Of a stretch of DNA of 64,000 nt, positions 1 through 37,367 are shown one piece after another. The position numbers and the translations under genes were made by a program. Within the stretch, counting starts at the first letter, position 1. Each line of letters begins with the position of its first letter. Under the pieces are notes generated by a model. The model was not told the origin of the DNA, searched no databases, and was given only the letters and a program-made list of their open reading frames with translations. This stretch comes from Amoebidium appalachense (Eukaryota > Protista > Ichthyosporea): positions 16,029,615-16,093,614 of the forward strand of contig CAVNZM010000002.1 in assembly GCA_963693365.1 (NCBI GenBank). The letters are read 5' to 3'.

Positions 1-71
1 CTGCCCGCCACCACCGCATGCAGGCAAAGTGTCACACACGATCACACGGACACACACACCCGTGTGCCCAT

Positions 72-108
<37 letters not shown>

Positions 109-185
109 ACACACACGCACACGCGCACGCACACGCGCACGCACACGCACACGCACACGCACACACGCACACACGCGTGTGCGCG

Positions 186-235
<50 letters not shown>

Positions 236-435
236 AGCAGTCACACACATGCACACAGACACCCGAACAAATGACACCCGACGCCTGCACATGCCCGCCT
301 GCGAGAACGTGGCCCACACTCGCACACGCACACATACACAGACAGAGCTTCTCCTGAGGGAATGTACACAATCATTAAAGACAACTGGAACAGAGCAAAT
401 ATCTTCAATGTATATCTCACCCTGTTTTAAATCAG

Positions 436-24221
<23,786 letters not shown>

Positions 24222-24309
24222 GGGCCGGAGACAAGCCGCATCCCCTATATTCATTAGTGTGTTTTTTCCTCTCTCGTTATGTATGGTGGTTGTGAGATGG
24301 ACACGGGAA

Positions 24310-24355
<46 letters not shown>

Positions 24356-24980
24356 GGAGGATTTACAGACTCACGGATGGTCTAAGAACGCGAAGTCAGA
24401 CAGCCTACTCTAAACAATTTAAATACGTGGCTCTTCTTCAGAATGTGCTTGTGTGATATCGTATCATTATTTTAAAATACTTATTCATGGTTCGATTGCT
24501 TTTGTTTGTATGACACCCTGTACCCTCGGAGAAACTCCGATACTCATAATGGTTGTGGCGGTTTGCAAAATTAGAAGGGGCTGTACCCTTTTTTCACACG
24601 GGCTGGAAAAAATTTATTATCCTGGACGCCTTTAATTTTCACGATATGAAAAGTCATTCTATAGATAGCTTCGTGCTTAATAGTTTTGTTAGTATTCGGA
24701 AGTTGAATCAGATACAAAGAAGTATTTGGCTTTTAATATGTTTGCTCGGTGTGGATAGCCACACGCCCCTCCTTTGCGGTCTGGGCCTGTCAAGGAATAA
24801 TTAAAAAGGAGATAACTGGGAACGGGAATTGAAACCATGGTATACCCAATAAAATCCCTCGTGTATTTAATATGTATTAATAGTATGTGCCTACTGTGCG
24901 AATCTGGTGCTCAGAGTATGTGTGGTGTGTGTGAATGCGGTGCATTGTTCGTGTTGTGGTAGTGCACGTGAAGTGGGAGG

Positions 24981-25092
<112 letters not shown>

Positions 25093-25137
25093 GCGTGTGT
25101 GTGTGTGCGCGCGCGTGTGTGTGGTGCTTGTTCAAGT

Positions 25138-25179
<42 letters not shown>

Positions 25180-25705
25180 TGTATTGCGCTTCCAGAGAGG
25201 GGAGGGGAGGGAATCTACACACAAGCGCAAAATAAGGTGGAGGCTATACACGGGGGTGGATTCCGGAAAGCAATATTGGGGCAAAAAGGGTAGTGAGGGA
25301 TAGGGATGTGTGTTTGTTGTTTTTTTGGTGTGTGTTTTGTTTTGATTGGTGGCCGGCGCCGGTAACCCATGATCATGATATGGTGATGGTGGCGTGTGGG
25401 TGGTGGTGGTGGTTGGGGGGGGGGGGGGGGGGGGGGGAGGGGGGGGGGGGGAGGTTGAGGGGGGGGGGGGGGGGGGGGGAGAGGGGGGGACAGGGGGGGC
25501 GCGGAAGGGGGGGGGGGGGGGGGGGGGGGGGGAATGGGGATGGCAGTGAAACGAGAGGTTAATTGCAACTCATCAGTCAAGTCAGGCACGTGCATGTTAC
25601 AAGCGCACTCAGTGCGAACATATTTATTACGGTCAAAGTTTATTATTGTGTTTTGGTCTTCGCAGCAATATTAATAATCCATATACGCCACGCCTAGTCC
25701 TTGGA

Positions 25706-26350
25706 CTACATCGACGAGTCTGCGGCGGGCAGCAGGACATTGGGCACGATGCACTGGGTCAGGTTTGCGGTGGCGTGGGTGCTGGCAGGGCCGCAGGCGC
25801 CGGGGTATTCGGCGGTGTTGAACCACGTGACGGCCAGCTTGTAGCCCGTCACCGTGCGGTTGCTGTCGTGCGCCACAAACAGCCCCTCCACATACGCCCC
25901 CACCCGCGGGTGGTCGCGGTCGTCCGAGTACGTCTGCGTGCCGTTGGGCAGCTGCTGCGACAGGTACAGGTCACGCGCATCGAGGCACTCGCCGTGCGTG
26001 TGGTTGCCGTTGACGTAGCCGAGCCACGTGACGGCATTGCTGCAGAACGAGTTGGCGCCGGCCACGGGGGCAAAGGCCACGGGGTCAAAGACATACGTCA
26101 CCGTGACGTCGCTGCCGTGTGCGGCATTGACCGTGGCGTAGGCGACCGTGTTGTTGCCCGGCAGCACACGCAGTGTCTCGGTGGCCGCCGTGACGGGGTT
26201 CAGCACCGCCACGTCCACGTAGCGCAGAGTGTAGCCCTGGCTCAGCGTGCAGTCGCCAACGTCGCGGCCGTTGTACGTCTGCACGGGCAGTCCGGCCACA
26301 CAGGCGGCCAGCAGCGAAACGGTCAGTGCGGCGGTTGTCTTGCAGGCCAT
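25706..26350 (-). CDS. Unknown secreted protein, 214 aa, intronless (copy A)
   Basis: GC3-rich ORF; signal-peptide-like MACKTTAALTVSLLAACVAG; N-glycosylation sequons NNT/NHT/NGT/NRT/NLT; several Cys. Homology with the other copies starts at this ATG. Confidence 0.88.
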   Translation of the reverse strand: MACKTTAALTVSLLAACVAGLPVQTYNGRDVGDCTLSQGYTLRYVDVAVLNPVTAATETLRVLPGNNTVAYATVNAAHGSDVTVTYVFDPVAFAPVAGANSFCSNAVTWLGYVNGNHTHGECLDARDLYLSQQLPNGTQTYSDDRDHPRVGAYVEGLFVAHDSNRTVTGYKLAVTWFNTAEYPGACGPASTHATANLTQCIVPNVLLPAADSSM

Positions 26351-27242
26351 GTTGTTGCAGTTTGAGATATCTGATTTTAACTTTGTCGCTTGCTTTTGCT
26401 TGCTTCTAATTCTGTAATGGCTGTAATGGATTCTGATGGGGTTTCGCTTCTTTTTATACCATGTTGACGCCTCACTACAACAGCCAATCGGAATCGGATC
26501 AATGCTTGCCAATCACAGAGCGATATTTTATATACACGAAGTATGACATCCACTCTTTGTCGTTTTACATGCAAACCAGTTTCCATATCACAAACAGTAA
26601 TGCTTTTAGTTTTAACGTGCGTTCTTTTGCGATATTAGTGGTGAATTTCTGCAGCCAAAAGGCTCAGGCTAAAAAGGAAGTTTCCAGTGTTTCTCTAAAC
26701 TTTGAACCAAGTGGTGTCATCCCAGCCTCATCTTGATCTGTTTGGAATGTGACAGGAATGTTGTGATCTTGAGCGCAATTTTCAAACACCAACGAGTTGG
26801 CAACGACTACCATGCAACCAAAGGAACATAATCTGCTGTATTTAGGTCGACACGAATGGAAGGTGCAGAGAAAAACATTTTCGCGTTCAAAAATTCACAG
26901 ATAAAAAAATATATATTTTACAGGATTGCTGTTTCAAAAGCCGATGCTTGGCTATATGTAAGTAACAACGTGTAAGTAAGCTCAAGTGCTCGAGCCTCTA
27001 GAAAGATCGATCTGTTCCACATGTAGCGCGCGCTGATTGGTTTCCAGGAAAATTCCCCCAGGTTAAAACGCTATGCATTTCCGATTGGTCGAGTGACTCG
27101 AGTCCCCTGATAAATAGTCCAGCGGCGGCTACCACCCATTCAGAAAAAAACTCCTGCGCAACGCGTACGACAACACACTAGCTCAACACACTCAAGGAAA
27201 CCTACACACTGAAGCGCGCCCAGTGACTTGGCAAAGAGCAAA
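26351..27242. promoter_or_regulatory. Putative divergent promoter region of the secreted-gene pair
   Basis: TATAAAAA on the minus strand at ~26451-26458 with CCAAT boxes at ~26484 and ~26509; ATTGG boxes at ~27036 and ~27084 and GATAAATA at ~27108 ahead of the plus-strand gene. Confidence 0.5.
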
Positions 27243-27887
27243 ATGGCCTGCAAGACAACCGCCGCACTAACCGTTTCGCTGCTGGCCGCCTGTGTGGCCG
27301 GACTGCCCGTGCAGACGTACAACGGCCGTGACGTTGGCGACTGCGCGCTGAGCCAGGGCTACACTCTGCGCTACATGGACGTGTCGGTGCTGAACCCCGT
27401 CACGGCGACCACCGAAACACTGCGTGTGCTGCCGGGCAACGACACGGTCGCCTACGCCACGGTCAATGCCGCACACGGCAGCGACGTCTGGGTGACGTAT
27501 GTCTTTGACCCCGTGGCCTTTGCCCCCGTGGCCGGCGCCAACCCGTTCTGCAGCAATGCCGTCACGTGGCTCGGCTACCTCAACGGCAACCACACGCACG
27601 GCGAGTGCCTCGATGCGCGTGACCTGTACCTGTCGCAGCAGCTGCCCAACGGCACGCAGACGTACTCGGACGACCTCGACCACCCGCGGGTGGGGGCGTA
27701 TGTGGAGGGGCTGTTTGTGGCGCACGACAGCAACCGCACGGTGACGGGCTACAAGCTGGCCGTCACGTGGTTCAACACCGCCGAATACCCCGGCGCCTGC
27801 GGCCCTGCCAGCACCCACGCCACCGCAAACCTGACCCAGTGCATCGTGCCTAACGTCCTGCTGCCCGCCGCAGATTCATTGATGTAG
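27243..27887 (+). CDS. Unknown secreted protein, 214 aa (copy B)
   Basis: Inverted paralogue of copy A; AATAAA at ~27968. Confidence 0.88.
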   Translation: MACKTTAALTVSLLAACVAGLPVQTYNGRDVGDCALSQGYTLRYMDVSVLNPVTATTETLRVLPGNDTVAYATVNAAHGSDVWVTYVFDPVAFAPVAGANPFCSNAVTWLGYLNGNHTHGECLDARDLYLSQQLPNGTQTYSDDLDHPRVGAYVEGLFVAHDSNRTVTGYKLAVTWFNTAEYPGACGPASTHATANLTQCIVPNVLLPAADSLM

Positions 27888-28597
27888 CCCATAGCACTAT
27901 AATAGCTATGTGTATGCCATGGATTAATACATATTGCTATAGACGTATACGAAGACCAAATCACAACAATAAACTTTGACTGTATTTATATGTTCACACT
28001 GAGTGCGCCTGTTATATATCAACCATGTCTGACTTGACTCAGTGTTGCAATTGATCTCTCGTTTCACTGCCATGCCCCCCTCCCCCCCCTTCCCCCAACC
28101 TCAACCCCCAACCCCCACCCTGGGGCCCCATCCCCACGTATACAAGTAGCAACTCCCTAGCCGGTTCCCCACCACTGGGTACCCCACCTCCACCCACCCA
28201 CCCATCCACACACCGTTACACACACACACACACACAAACACACACAAACACACACACACACACACACAGACACACACACATACACACACACAAACACACA
28301 CACCATCATTATGACCACGTCATGCATGCAAATGTGTCATCGCCGCCGGCCATCAAAACATGTACGCACAAATAAAAACGAGCACGCACACCCTATAGTA
28401 TACTACCCCTTACCACCCCCTTTTGCCCCATAGCACTTCGGAATCCACCCCGTCGGCAGTCTCCACTTTATTTTGCGCTCGAGGTGTGTAGACTTCCTCC
28501 CCCCCCCCTTCTCGACGCGCAATACAACCCCCCCCCCCCCCCCCCCCCGCCCCTTCCCCCCCCCCCCCCCCCCCCTCCCCTAACAAAACAACCAACG

Positions 28598-28688
<91 letters not shown>

Positions 28689-30385
28689 ACCCGGCCCATT
28701 CACACATACCACCACACATACTCTGAGCACGATCGTTTAGCGGCCACTGACAGCAAGCACATCCTTTTGAGTTATGAGGATTCGGGCTGGCAACGTCATC
28801 GGCTACTCTCTGTCATATATATGCCCCCCCCCCCCCCCCCCCCCCCCCCTCAAAAAAGAAAAAAAAAAAAAAAAAAACCTTCCTTCCGGAAGCCCAACGG
28901 GTTCTGCACGGAATCGGTGGGCCGGGTTTCGCATTATTGCTTTGCATGTGAATTAGTACATAAAATAAAACTGCTATCGGGGGTACCATGCCTTGATTAC
29001 GTACCGAGTCATTCCTCCCCCATATCCCTCCCCTCCTTCCCCAAACCCCCCCTACCCCTACCCCCCCCCCCCCTCCATCCCCGGCCCCGCGCAGCCCTGG
29101 CCTTTTTTTCTGGGACTCATCCTGGACCACTGCCCACTGACCCACACGCTCAGTGGCTTTTGTGAATCTGCCGAATATATGTAAGAGTCGTGACTATACA
29201 TAGTAGATTTAAACGACGGTCAGGCAGTCTGCTCCTTTCTGTGGTACGGTACAGTCCGATTAGTATTATCCCCCCTCCTAGTCACCAAGCCCCCCCCCCC
29301 CCCTCCCCCCCCCGCTCTTGTAGATTTCCCTCCCCCCACTCCCTCCCCGTCCCCGCCCACCCCACCCCCCCCACCCCCCCCCCCCCCCCACCCCCCCCCC
29401 TTGGGCTGTTGGTGCCAAAATGTGTCCCAAGCAGAAGCAGATCATCCCCACCTTCATATTCATTTTCTCGCGTGCACCACACGGTCTGAACACATGCACA
29501 AACATGCAGTACTTTGGCATATGGCTCATTATTACCGTTCCCGTTTTCGCCACTCATCTGCGCATTATTATGATTAGTATGAACACTAATGTTGCCTGAC
29601 CCATCAAAAAGGGACAGGCAGTCTAGCCTGGTGTCGAGTGTTTGACGTTTGAAACTTTTGTTCAAGTGAATTCGAAAATGTGACTTACACAATTATTATA
29701 AGAAGCACAACACAGTGCTCAACAGATAAAACGTAAACATTATTCCAACAGTTGTGTCGGGAGCACTGACTATTCGCTGCACCTTCTAAACTTACGGCAA
29801 AGTTTTGATATCGGTCATCCCTCCCCCCCCCCCCCCCCTCCCCCCGGGAATCTTTTCCCAGTTTGTTCACACGCATTCCGGCGTTTGCAAGGAGAGGTTG
29901 ACTGACATCGTTGTGCAGGTTGGCATCGTTCTCCCAAAAGCACACTCAACGTAATATTATAATTTGCTGAGCATAACCAGACTGATCAGTGCGAAGCTTC
30001 TTTCTAGGGGCAGCTGCACCGTGGGAGTGCCTGCAGCTGATGTCGCAGTGTTGCACAGTTAGATTGATCATCATCGGAGTTTGTTGTGTCAACATGAATC
30101 AAAGCGCATGGCGAAACGATGGTCGTAGTCTAAGAATGGAATTGTATTTGTAGGTGTTGTCGACCGAGAACATATGTATGGTTGTTGTGCACCTGTGGCC
30201 CGATGTCAAGGGGACGTGTACGTTCAGGCAGCCTGTCCGGAGGTGGATTAATGGTTCCAAATCTGACGGGAGTGTGGTGGGGAACAGGCAGCCTAGGCCT
30301 TCTGCTCGAGAAGGAGGGGGAGGGAAATTCTGCATACCATATGGGAGGTTTGGGAGTGCCACGAGATATCTAGAGAGAGGCCCTA

Positions 30386-30424
<39 letters not shown>

Positions 30425-30729
30425 TGCTGATGTGTAACTATCGTATTTGTGTGTGGTTTTTTGTTTGCTTGTTTTAGTTTTGGGGTAGAACCGTGGATAG
30501 GAGAATGTGTGTTGTGTTGAGGAGGGGTAGGAAAGGGGGGGGGGGGGGGGGGGGAGGGGGAGGGGGGGGGGGGGGGGGAGGTTAGTTGCTGTGCTGTTTA
30601 TCCCTTGTTTTCATATCTTTTATGCTTGCACGGGGCTCAAGGCTGCTTGTGTGTTGACTAAATGACTGCAGGCATTTACCATAAATGGCTACTATCCCCA
30701 CCATCTGGTTGGCCCTTAACCACCAGCAC

Positions 30730-30835
30730 ATCTCAACTACTACCTTAAGCAGCAGGTGCACCCTGTGGTTGCCCGCTTGGTGGAGCCGATCGATGGCACA
30801 GATGCCGCCCAGGTGGCTGAGTGCCTCGGTGTGTT

Positions 30836-30869
<34 letters not shown>

Positions 30870-31016
30870 TCCCTCCCCTCCCCTCCCCCACCTTCCTCCC
30901 AACACACACACATACGAACACACCACACACACACAAATGCAGACACAAAAAACACCCACACGCTCTCGCAGACTCAAGGACGCATATACAAAAACACACA
31001 AGTACGTGTGTGCGCA

Positions 31017-31051
<35 letters not shown>

Positions 31052-32025
31052 CCCCCCCCCCCCTCCCCTCCCCTCCGCGCCTGCACGTACACTCAACCAC
31101 ACATGCACACACAAATGCATCTACTCCCACTGCCTTGCACCTACCCCCTCCTCCTCCCCCCCACCCCCTCCCCCTCCCTTTACCCCCCCCCCCCCCCCCC
31201 CCCATGCATGTACACTCAACCACACATGCACACACAAATGCATCTACTCCCACTCCCTTGCACCTACGAGGTTTTTGGTTTATTGCTGATTTTTTCCTTT
31301 GTTCTAAACCTTGTGTTTTCTCCCATAGGGTTGGATCCCTCAGGGTACAACAACAAGACAGAGGGAGCAGAGGAGGAAGAGGAAGGTGTTGCCAAGACAC
31401 AACTGTCGGATGAGGAAAAGTAAGTTTCCCAGCGCCCCCCCCTCCCCCCCCCCCCCCCCCCCCCCCCCCCCCACCACCACCACCACCACCACCTCGTCCT
31501 CCTCCTCCCCCTCCACCCCGGCAACTCTTTCGTGTGTCGGTGTGTGTGTGTGTGTGGGTGTGTGGGTTTGTGTGTGTATGTGTGGGTGTGTGTGCGTGTG
31601 CGTGTGTGTGTGCGTGCGCGCCTGTGCGTGTGCATGTGCTTGTATGCCTGTTTTGCATGTCTATACATGTAGAACATCGTGTTCCAGGCTCTGCACACCA
31701 TGCTGTCCTTCATTCTAACCCTCCTCACCTCCCCCCCCCCCCCCCCCCCACTTCCCCCAGGTATCGTGATGCCGAGAGACTGATGATCAAATGCCCCACG
31801 TGCGGCAAGGAGAATGAATTCACTGGGCCCCTTCGAATGGCCGTAATTGCCCTCCCCCTTCCCCCCCCCCTCCCCCCCCCCGCCCCGTTCCCACCCCCCT
31901 CCCTTTCCCATTCCCTCCCTCCCTTTCTCCCGGAGCCCCTTGGGGTCTCGCACCTTGCCCAGAGCATGCATTTGTGTGCATGTTCGCTTCATGCCCCCCC
32001 CCCCCCCCCCCCCCTTGCCTGCCCG

Positions 32026-32106
<81 letters not shown>

Positions 32107-33700
32107 CGCACACACACACACACACAGGCGCACACACCCACACACACACACAGACGCACACACACGCACACACACACAGACACACACACACACACACACA
32201 CACAGACGCACACACACACACACGTGCACGCGCACCACACACTATCGCCCGCCCTCGACTTCCTATCATCTACCTTACTCCATCCCATTTCACACTTGCC
32301 CACGCTTGAACTGTCTCTGTCCATTCTGTGCTGGAAACCGACACTTTCTTTTCCTCTTTGTTAGTCAGTGCCATCGATGTCTTTTAAGTACAAAACCTGT
32401 TGGTTGGGGAGGAGGGGAAGTGGATGTTTCTAATTCTCGTTTTTTTTTTTTTTTTTGCAGGATCCAAACCACATTGCGTGTGGGATGGTGTGCCCCGATA
32501 AGGGCTGTGGCAAGGCCATGCCTGCACCGTACATCTGCAACAGCATCACCCTGATCGTGAGGACGCTGCTGCAGAGATACTATGAGGTGGGTTGGTGCTG
32601 GTGGTGGGTGTGCGTCGTCATGCGTGGGTGGGGCTATGTTTCTCTAATCTGGGTGTTTTTAAGGGGTAACATGTTTAGACTGTGTTGTGCAGTTGTGCAT
32701 GTTTAGGAGGGGAGGGAAGGCGCCCCTTTGTGGGGGGGGGGGGGGGGGGGAGGGGGGGGAGGGGGGGGATCCCTGTTTTGCCCTCCGCTGTAAAGTTGGA
32801 AAACTAGTTCGACATATTTAGATCATCGGTTGACACACGGAGATTCACTCTCTTATCTGGGACTCTCCTTTCCCATTCATTACCTTCGCAATGGTGCTCC
32901 GCCCATCTTTCCCTTTGTACTGTCCTCACACATGTAATCTTCCCATGCCGTATATCCCGCTCCATCTATACTCACCCACGTACTATCTCGCCCAGGGCTG
33001 GGTGGTGTGTGACGACCAATGATGTGGCAACCGCACACAGCAGCTGTCGGTGTGTGGCCGCCAGTGCATAGTTCCTGGCTGCCCGGGCCAGGTCCGACCA
33101 GAGGTACCGTACCTGAGTGCTCTAGTGTGCTATGTGTTTAAGAAATGCGGCATGTTCTTGGGTTGACTTATTTTCGCATGTGTTGAGGGGATTAGGTATT
33201 TGAAGGAGTTTCTGTCTGAAAGGGAACTGGGCTGTGGGTGTGGGGGGGATAGGGCGGGAGGGCGGGGGCGGGGGAATGTGGGAGAGGTGGGAGGGAGGTG
33301 AGAGGTGTGAGGGGGTGTGTGGGGGGGTGTCTATTACAAAAACGAACCGAAAAGGGAAATCGCGGACGGGGCAAGGAGGGGTTTGTGGGTTCAAGGGGGC
33401 GCAAGGCGGGTGAGGAGGAAAGGAGGGTTCCCCGGGGGGAGGGGAGGGGGGAGGGGGGGTTTGAAATATACCTAAGGTGCAGTAACCACTCAAATTCCCC
33501 CTTCCCCCCCCTTCCGCCCCTCCCCCTTCCCCTCCCTGTTTTTTCTTCCCCCGTTGCCCACAGCTCAGCCCTCCCCCCCTACACACACATCCACTCCACC
33601 CCGGATTCCTGCCTCCCCCCTGTTCACCGCAGCCCCTTCCCCATATGCCAATTCGACCCTTGCAATCTTGGGAACACCGTTAATCCGTATACTAACGGCA

Positions 33701-33789
<89 letters not shown>

Positions 33790-34457
33790 CACGGCCACAG
33801 CGCTGTACACGCAGCTGACCTACTATCAGTATCTGTTCGACCTGCCCCACTTGCTGCAAAAGTGTGCCGAACCCAAAAACAACATGCCGGTATCCAAGGA
33901 TGGTAAGTGCTTCCATTTCAAATACGTCTTTTTTTTTTTTTTTTTTTTTTTTGAAGCCATGGTGTCTCATGTTGAAGTGTGGAAAAATGTGTGGAGATAC
34001 CAGATGCAAAACGAATAAGGTAAATGGAATAATTGGTGGCCTGGTAGGGCACACAGAAGCTGCTGTGTTTTTTTCTTCTTTTTGTGATGATGGTGATGCC
34101 CGTGTTTCTGTTGTTGTTCTTGTGTATGTGTGTGCCCCAGTGTGAGGGGGGAGAGGGGGGGGGGGGGCAGGGGAGTAGATACCTTTATCCGGGGAGGAAG
34201 AGAGAGAGGAGGGCGGGGAGGGGAGGGGGAGGTACATAAAAAAGGGGGGGGGGGGGGGGGTTGACGAATAATGTACCTTTCAACAAACCGTCTAACACAA
34301 CCGGGTTGATTCTGCAGCTGCCGAGACCATGACGTTCACCTACAAGGACGACCTGCGATTGGTTCACAGTTACGTGACAGGCATCCTGGCCAAGAACGCA
34401 CGCACCTTTGTGGACCTGGGCAGCCTCTTTGCCCTGTGTGTGCCAAAGAAGCACTGA
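30730..34457 (+). pseudogene. Duplicated POLA1 3' fragment (last 7 exons) with a premature stop
   Basis: No upstream exons; TCA>TGA at 33020-33022 within the CDDQSC zinc-finger exon. Confidence 0.85.
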
Positions 34458-35205
34458 GGGCCGGAGACATGCCCCATCCCCTATATTCATTAGTGTTTTT
34501 TCCTCTCTCGTTATGTATGGTGGTTGTGAGATGGACACGGGAAGGGGGGGGGGGGGGGGAGGGGGGGGGGGGGGGGGGGGGAGGGAGGATTTACAGACTC
34601 ACGGATGGTCTAAGAACGCGAAGTCAGACAGCCTACTCTAAACAATTTAAATACGTGGCTCTTCTTCAGAATGTGCTTGTGTGATATCGTATCATTATTT
34701 TAAAATACTTATTCATGGTTCGATTGCTTTTGTTTGTATGACACCCTGTACCCTCGGAGAAACTCCGATACTCATAATGGTTGTGGCGGTTTGCAAAATT
34801 AGAAGGGGCTGTACCCTTTTTTCACACGGGCTGGAAAAAATTTATTATCCTGGACGCCTTTAATTTTCACGATATGAAAAGTCATTCTATAGATAGCTTC
34901 GTGCTTAATAGTTTTGTTAGTATTCGGAAGTTGAATCAGATACAAAGAAGTATTTGGCTTTTAATATGTTTGCTCGGTGTGGATAGCCACACGCCCCTCC
35001 TTTGCGGTCTGGGCCTGTCAAGGAATAATTAAAAAGGAGATAACTGGGAACGGGAATTGAAACCATGGTATACCCAATAAAATCCCTCGTGTATTTAATA
35101 TGTATTAATAGTATGTGCCTACTGTGCGAATCTGGTGCTCAGAGTATGTGTGGTGTGTGTGAATGCGGTGCATTGTTCGTGTTGTGGTAGTGCACGTGAA
35201 GTGGG

Positions 35206-35278
<73 letters not shown>

Positions 35279-35830
35279 GGTGCTTGTTCAAGGGGGGGGG
35301 GGGGGGGGGGGGGGCGGCCTGTATTGCGCTTCCAGAGAGGGGAGGGGAGGGAATCTACACACAAGCGCAAAATAAGGTGGAGGCTATACACGGGGGTGGA
35401 TTCCGGAAAGCAATATTGGGGCAAAAAGGGTAGTGAGGGATAGGGATGTGTGTTTGTTGTTTTTTTGGTGTGTGTTTTGTTTTGATTGGTGGCCGGCGCC
35501 GGTAACCCATGATCATGATATGGTGATGGTGGCGTGTGGGTGGTGGTGGTGGTTGGGGGGGGGGGGGGGGGGGGGGGGAGGGGGGAGGTTCAGGGGGGGG
35601 GGGGGGGGACAGGGGGGGACAGGGGGGGCGCGGAAAGGGGGGGGGGGGGGGGGGGGGGATGGGGATGGCAGTGAAACGAGAGGTTAATTGCAACTCATCA
35701 GTCAAGTCAGGCACGTGCATGTTACAAGCGCACTCAGTGCGAACACATTTATTACGGTCAAAGTTTATTATTGTGTTTTGGTCTTTGCAGCAATATTAAT
35801 AATCCATATACGCCACGCCTAGTCATTGGA

Positions 35831-36475
35831 CTACATCGAGGAGTCTGCGGCGGGCAGCAGGACATTGGGCACGATGCACTGGGTCAGGTTTGCGGTGGCA
35901 TGGGTGCTGGCAGGGCCGCAGGCGCCGGGGTATTCGGCGGTGTTGAACCACGTGACGGCCAGCTTGTAGCCCGTCACCGTGCGGTTGCTGTCGTGCGCCA
36001 CAAACAGCCCCTCCACATACGCCCCCACCCGCGGGTGGTCGCGGTCGTCCGAGTACGTCTGCGTGCCGTTGGGCAGCTGCTGCGACAGGTACAGGTCACG
36101 CGCATCGAGGCACTCGCCGTGCGTGTGGTTGCCGTTGACGTAGCCGAGCCACGTGACGGCATTGCTGCAGAACGGGTTGGCGCCGGCCACGGGGGCAAAG
36201 GCCACGGGGTCAAAGACATACGCCACCGTGACGTCGCTGCCGTGTGCGGCATTGACCGTGGCGTAGGCGACCGTGTCGTTGCCCGGCAGCACACGCAGTG
36301 TCTCGGTGGCCGCCGTGACGGGGTTCAGCACCGCCACGTCCAAGTAGCGCAGAGTGTAGCCCTGGCTCAGCGTGCAGTCGCCAACGTCGCGGCCGTTGTA
36401 CGTCTGCACGGGCAGTCCGGCCACACAGGCGGCCAGCAGCGAAACGGTCAGTGCGGCGGTTGTCTTGCAGGCCAT
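35831..36475 (-). CDS. Unknown secreted protein, 214 aa (copy A')
   Basis: Intact duplicate of copy A with 4 amino-acid differences. Confidence 0.85.
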   Translation of the reverse strand: MACKTTAALTVSLLAACVAGLPVQTYNGRDVGDCTLSQGYTLRYLDVAVLNPVTAATETLRVLPGNDTVAYATVNAAHGSDVTVAYVFDPVAFAPVAGANPFCSNAVTWLGYVNGNHTHGECLDARDLYLSQQLPNGTQTYSDDRDHPRVGAYVEGLFVAHDSNRTVTGYKLAVTWFNTAEYPGACGPASTHATANLTQCIVPNVLLPAADSSM

Positions 36476-37367
36476 GTTGTTGCAGTTTGAGATATCTGAT
36501 TTTAACTTTGTCGCTTGCTTTTGCTTGCTTCTAATTCTGTAATGGCTGTAATGGATTCTGATGGGGTTTCGCTTCTTTTTATACCATGTTGACGCCTCAC
36601 TACAACAGCCAATCGGAATCGGATCGATGCTTGCCAATCACAGAGCGATATTTTATATACACGAAGTATGACATCCACTCTTTGTCGTTTTACATGCAAA
36701 CCAGTTTCCATATCACAAACAGTAATGCTTTTAGTTTTAACATGCGTTCTTTTGCGATATTAGTGGTGAATTTCTGCAGCCAAAAGGCTCAGGCTAAAAA
36801 GGAAGTTTCCAGTGTTTCTCTAAACTTTGAACCAAGTGGTGTCATCCCAGCCTCATCTTGATCTGTTTGGAATGTGACAGGAATGTTGTGATCTTGAGCG
36901 CAATTTTCAAACACCAACGAGTTGGCAACGACTACCATGCAACCAAAGGAACATAATCTGCTGTATTTAGGTCGACACGAATGGAAGGTGCAGAGAAAAA
37001 CATTTTCGCGTTCAAAAATTCACAGATAAAAAAATATATATTTTACAGGATTGCTGTTTCAAAAGCCGATGCTTGGCTATATGTAAGTAACAACGTGTAA
37101 GTAAGCTCAAGTGCTCGAGCCTCTAGAAAGATCGATCTGTTCCACATGTAGCGCGCGCTGATTGGTTTCCAGGAAAATTCCCCCAGGTTAAAACGCTATG
37201 CATTTCCGATTGGTCGAGTGACTCGAGTCCCCTGATAAATAGTCCAGCGGCGGCTACCACCCATTCAGAAAAAAACTCCTGCGCAACGCGTACGACAACA
37301 CACTAGCTCAACACACTCAAGGAAACCTACACACTGAAGAGCGCCCAGTGACTTGGCAAAGAGCAAA

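Noticed and set aside
25646-27818. Antisense ORFs (239 aa, 183 aa) and 5' extensions of the secreted genes
   Set aside because: Shadows of GC3-rich coding sequence; paralogue homology and the signal peptide begin at MACKTT.
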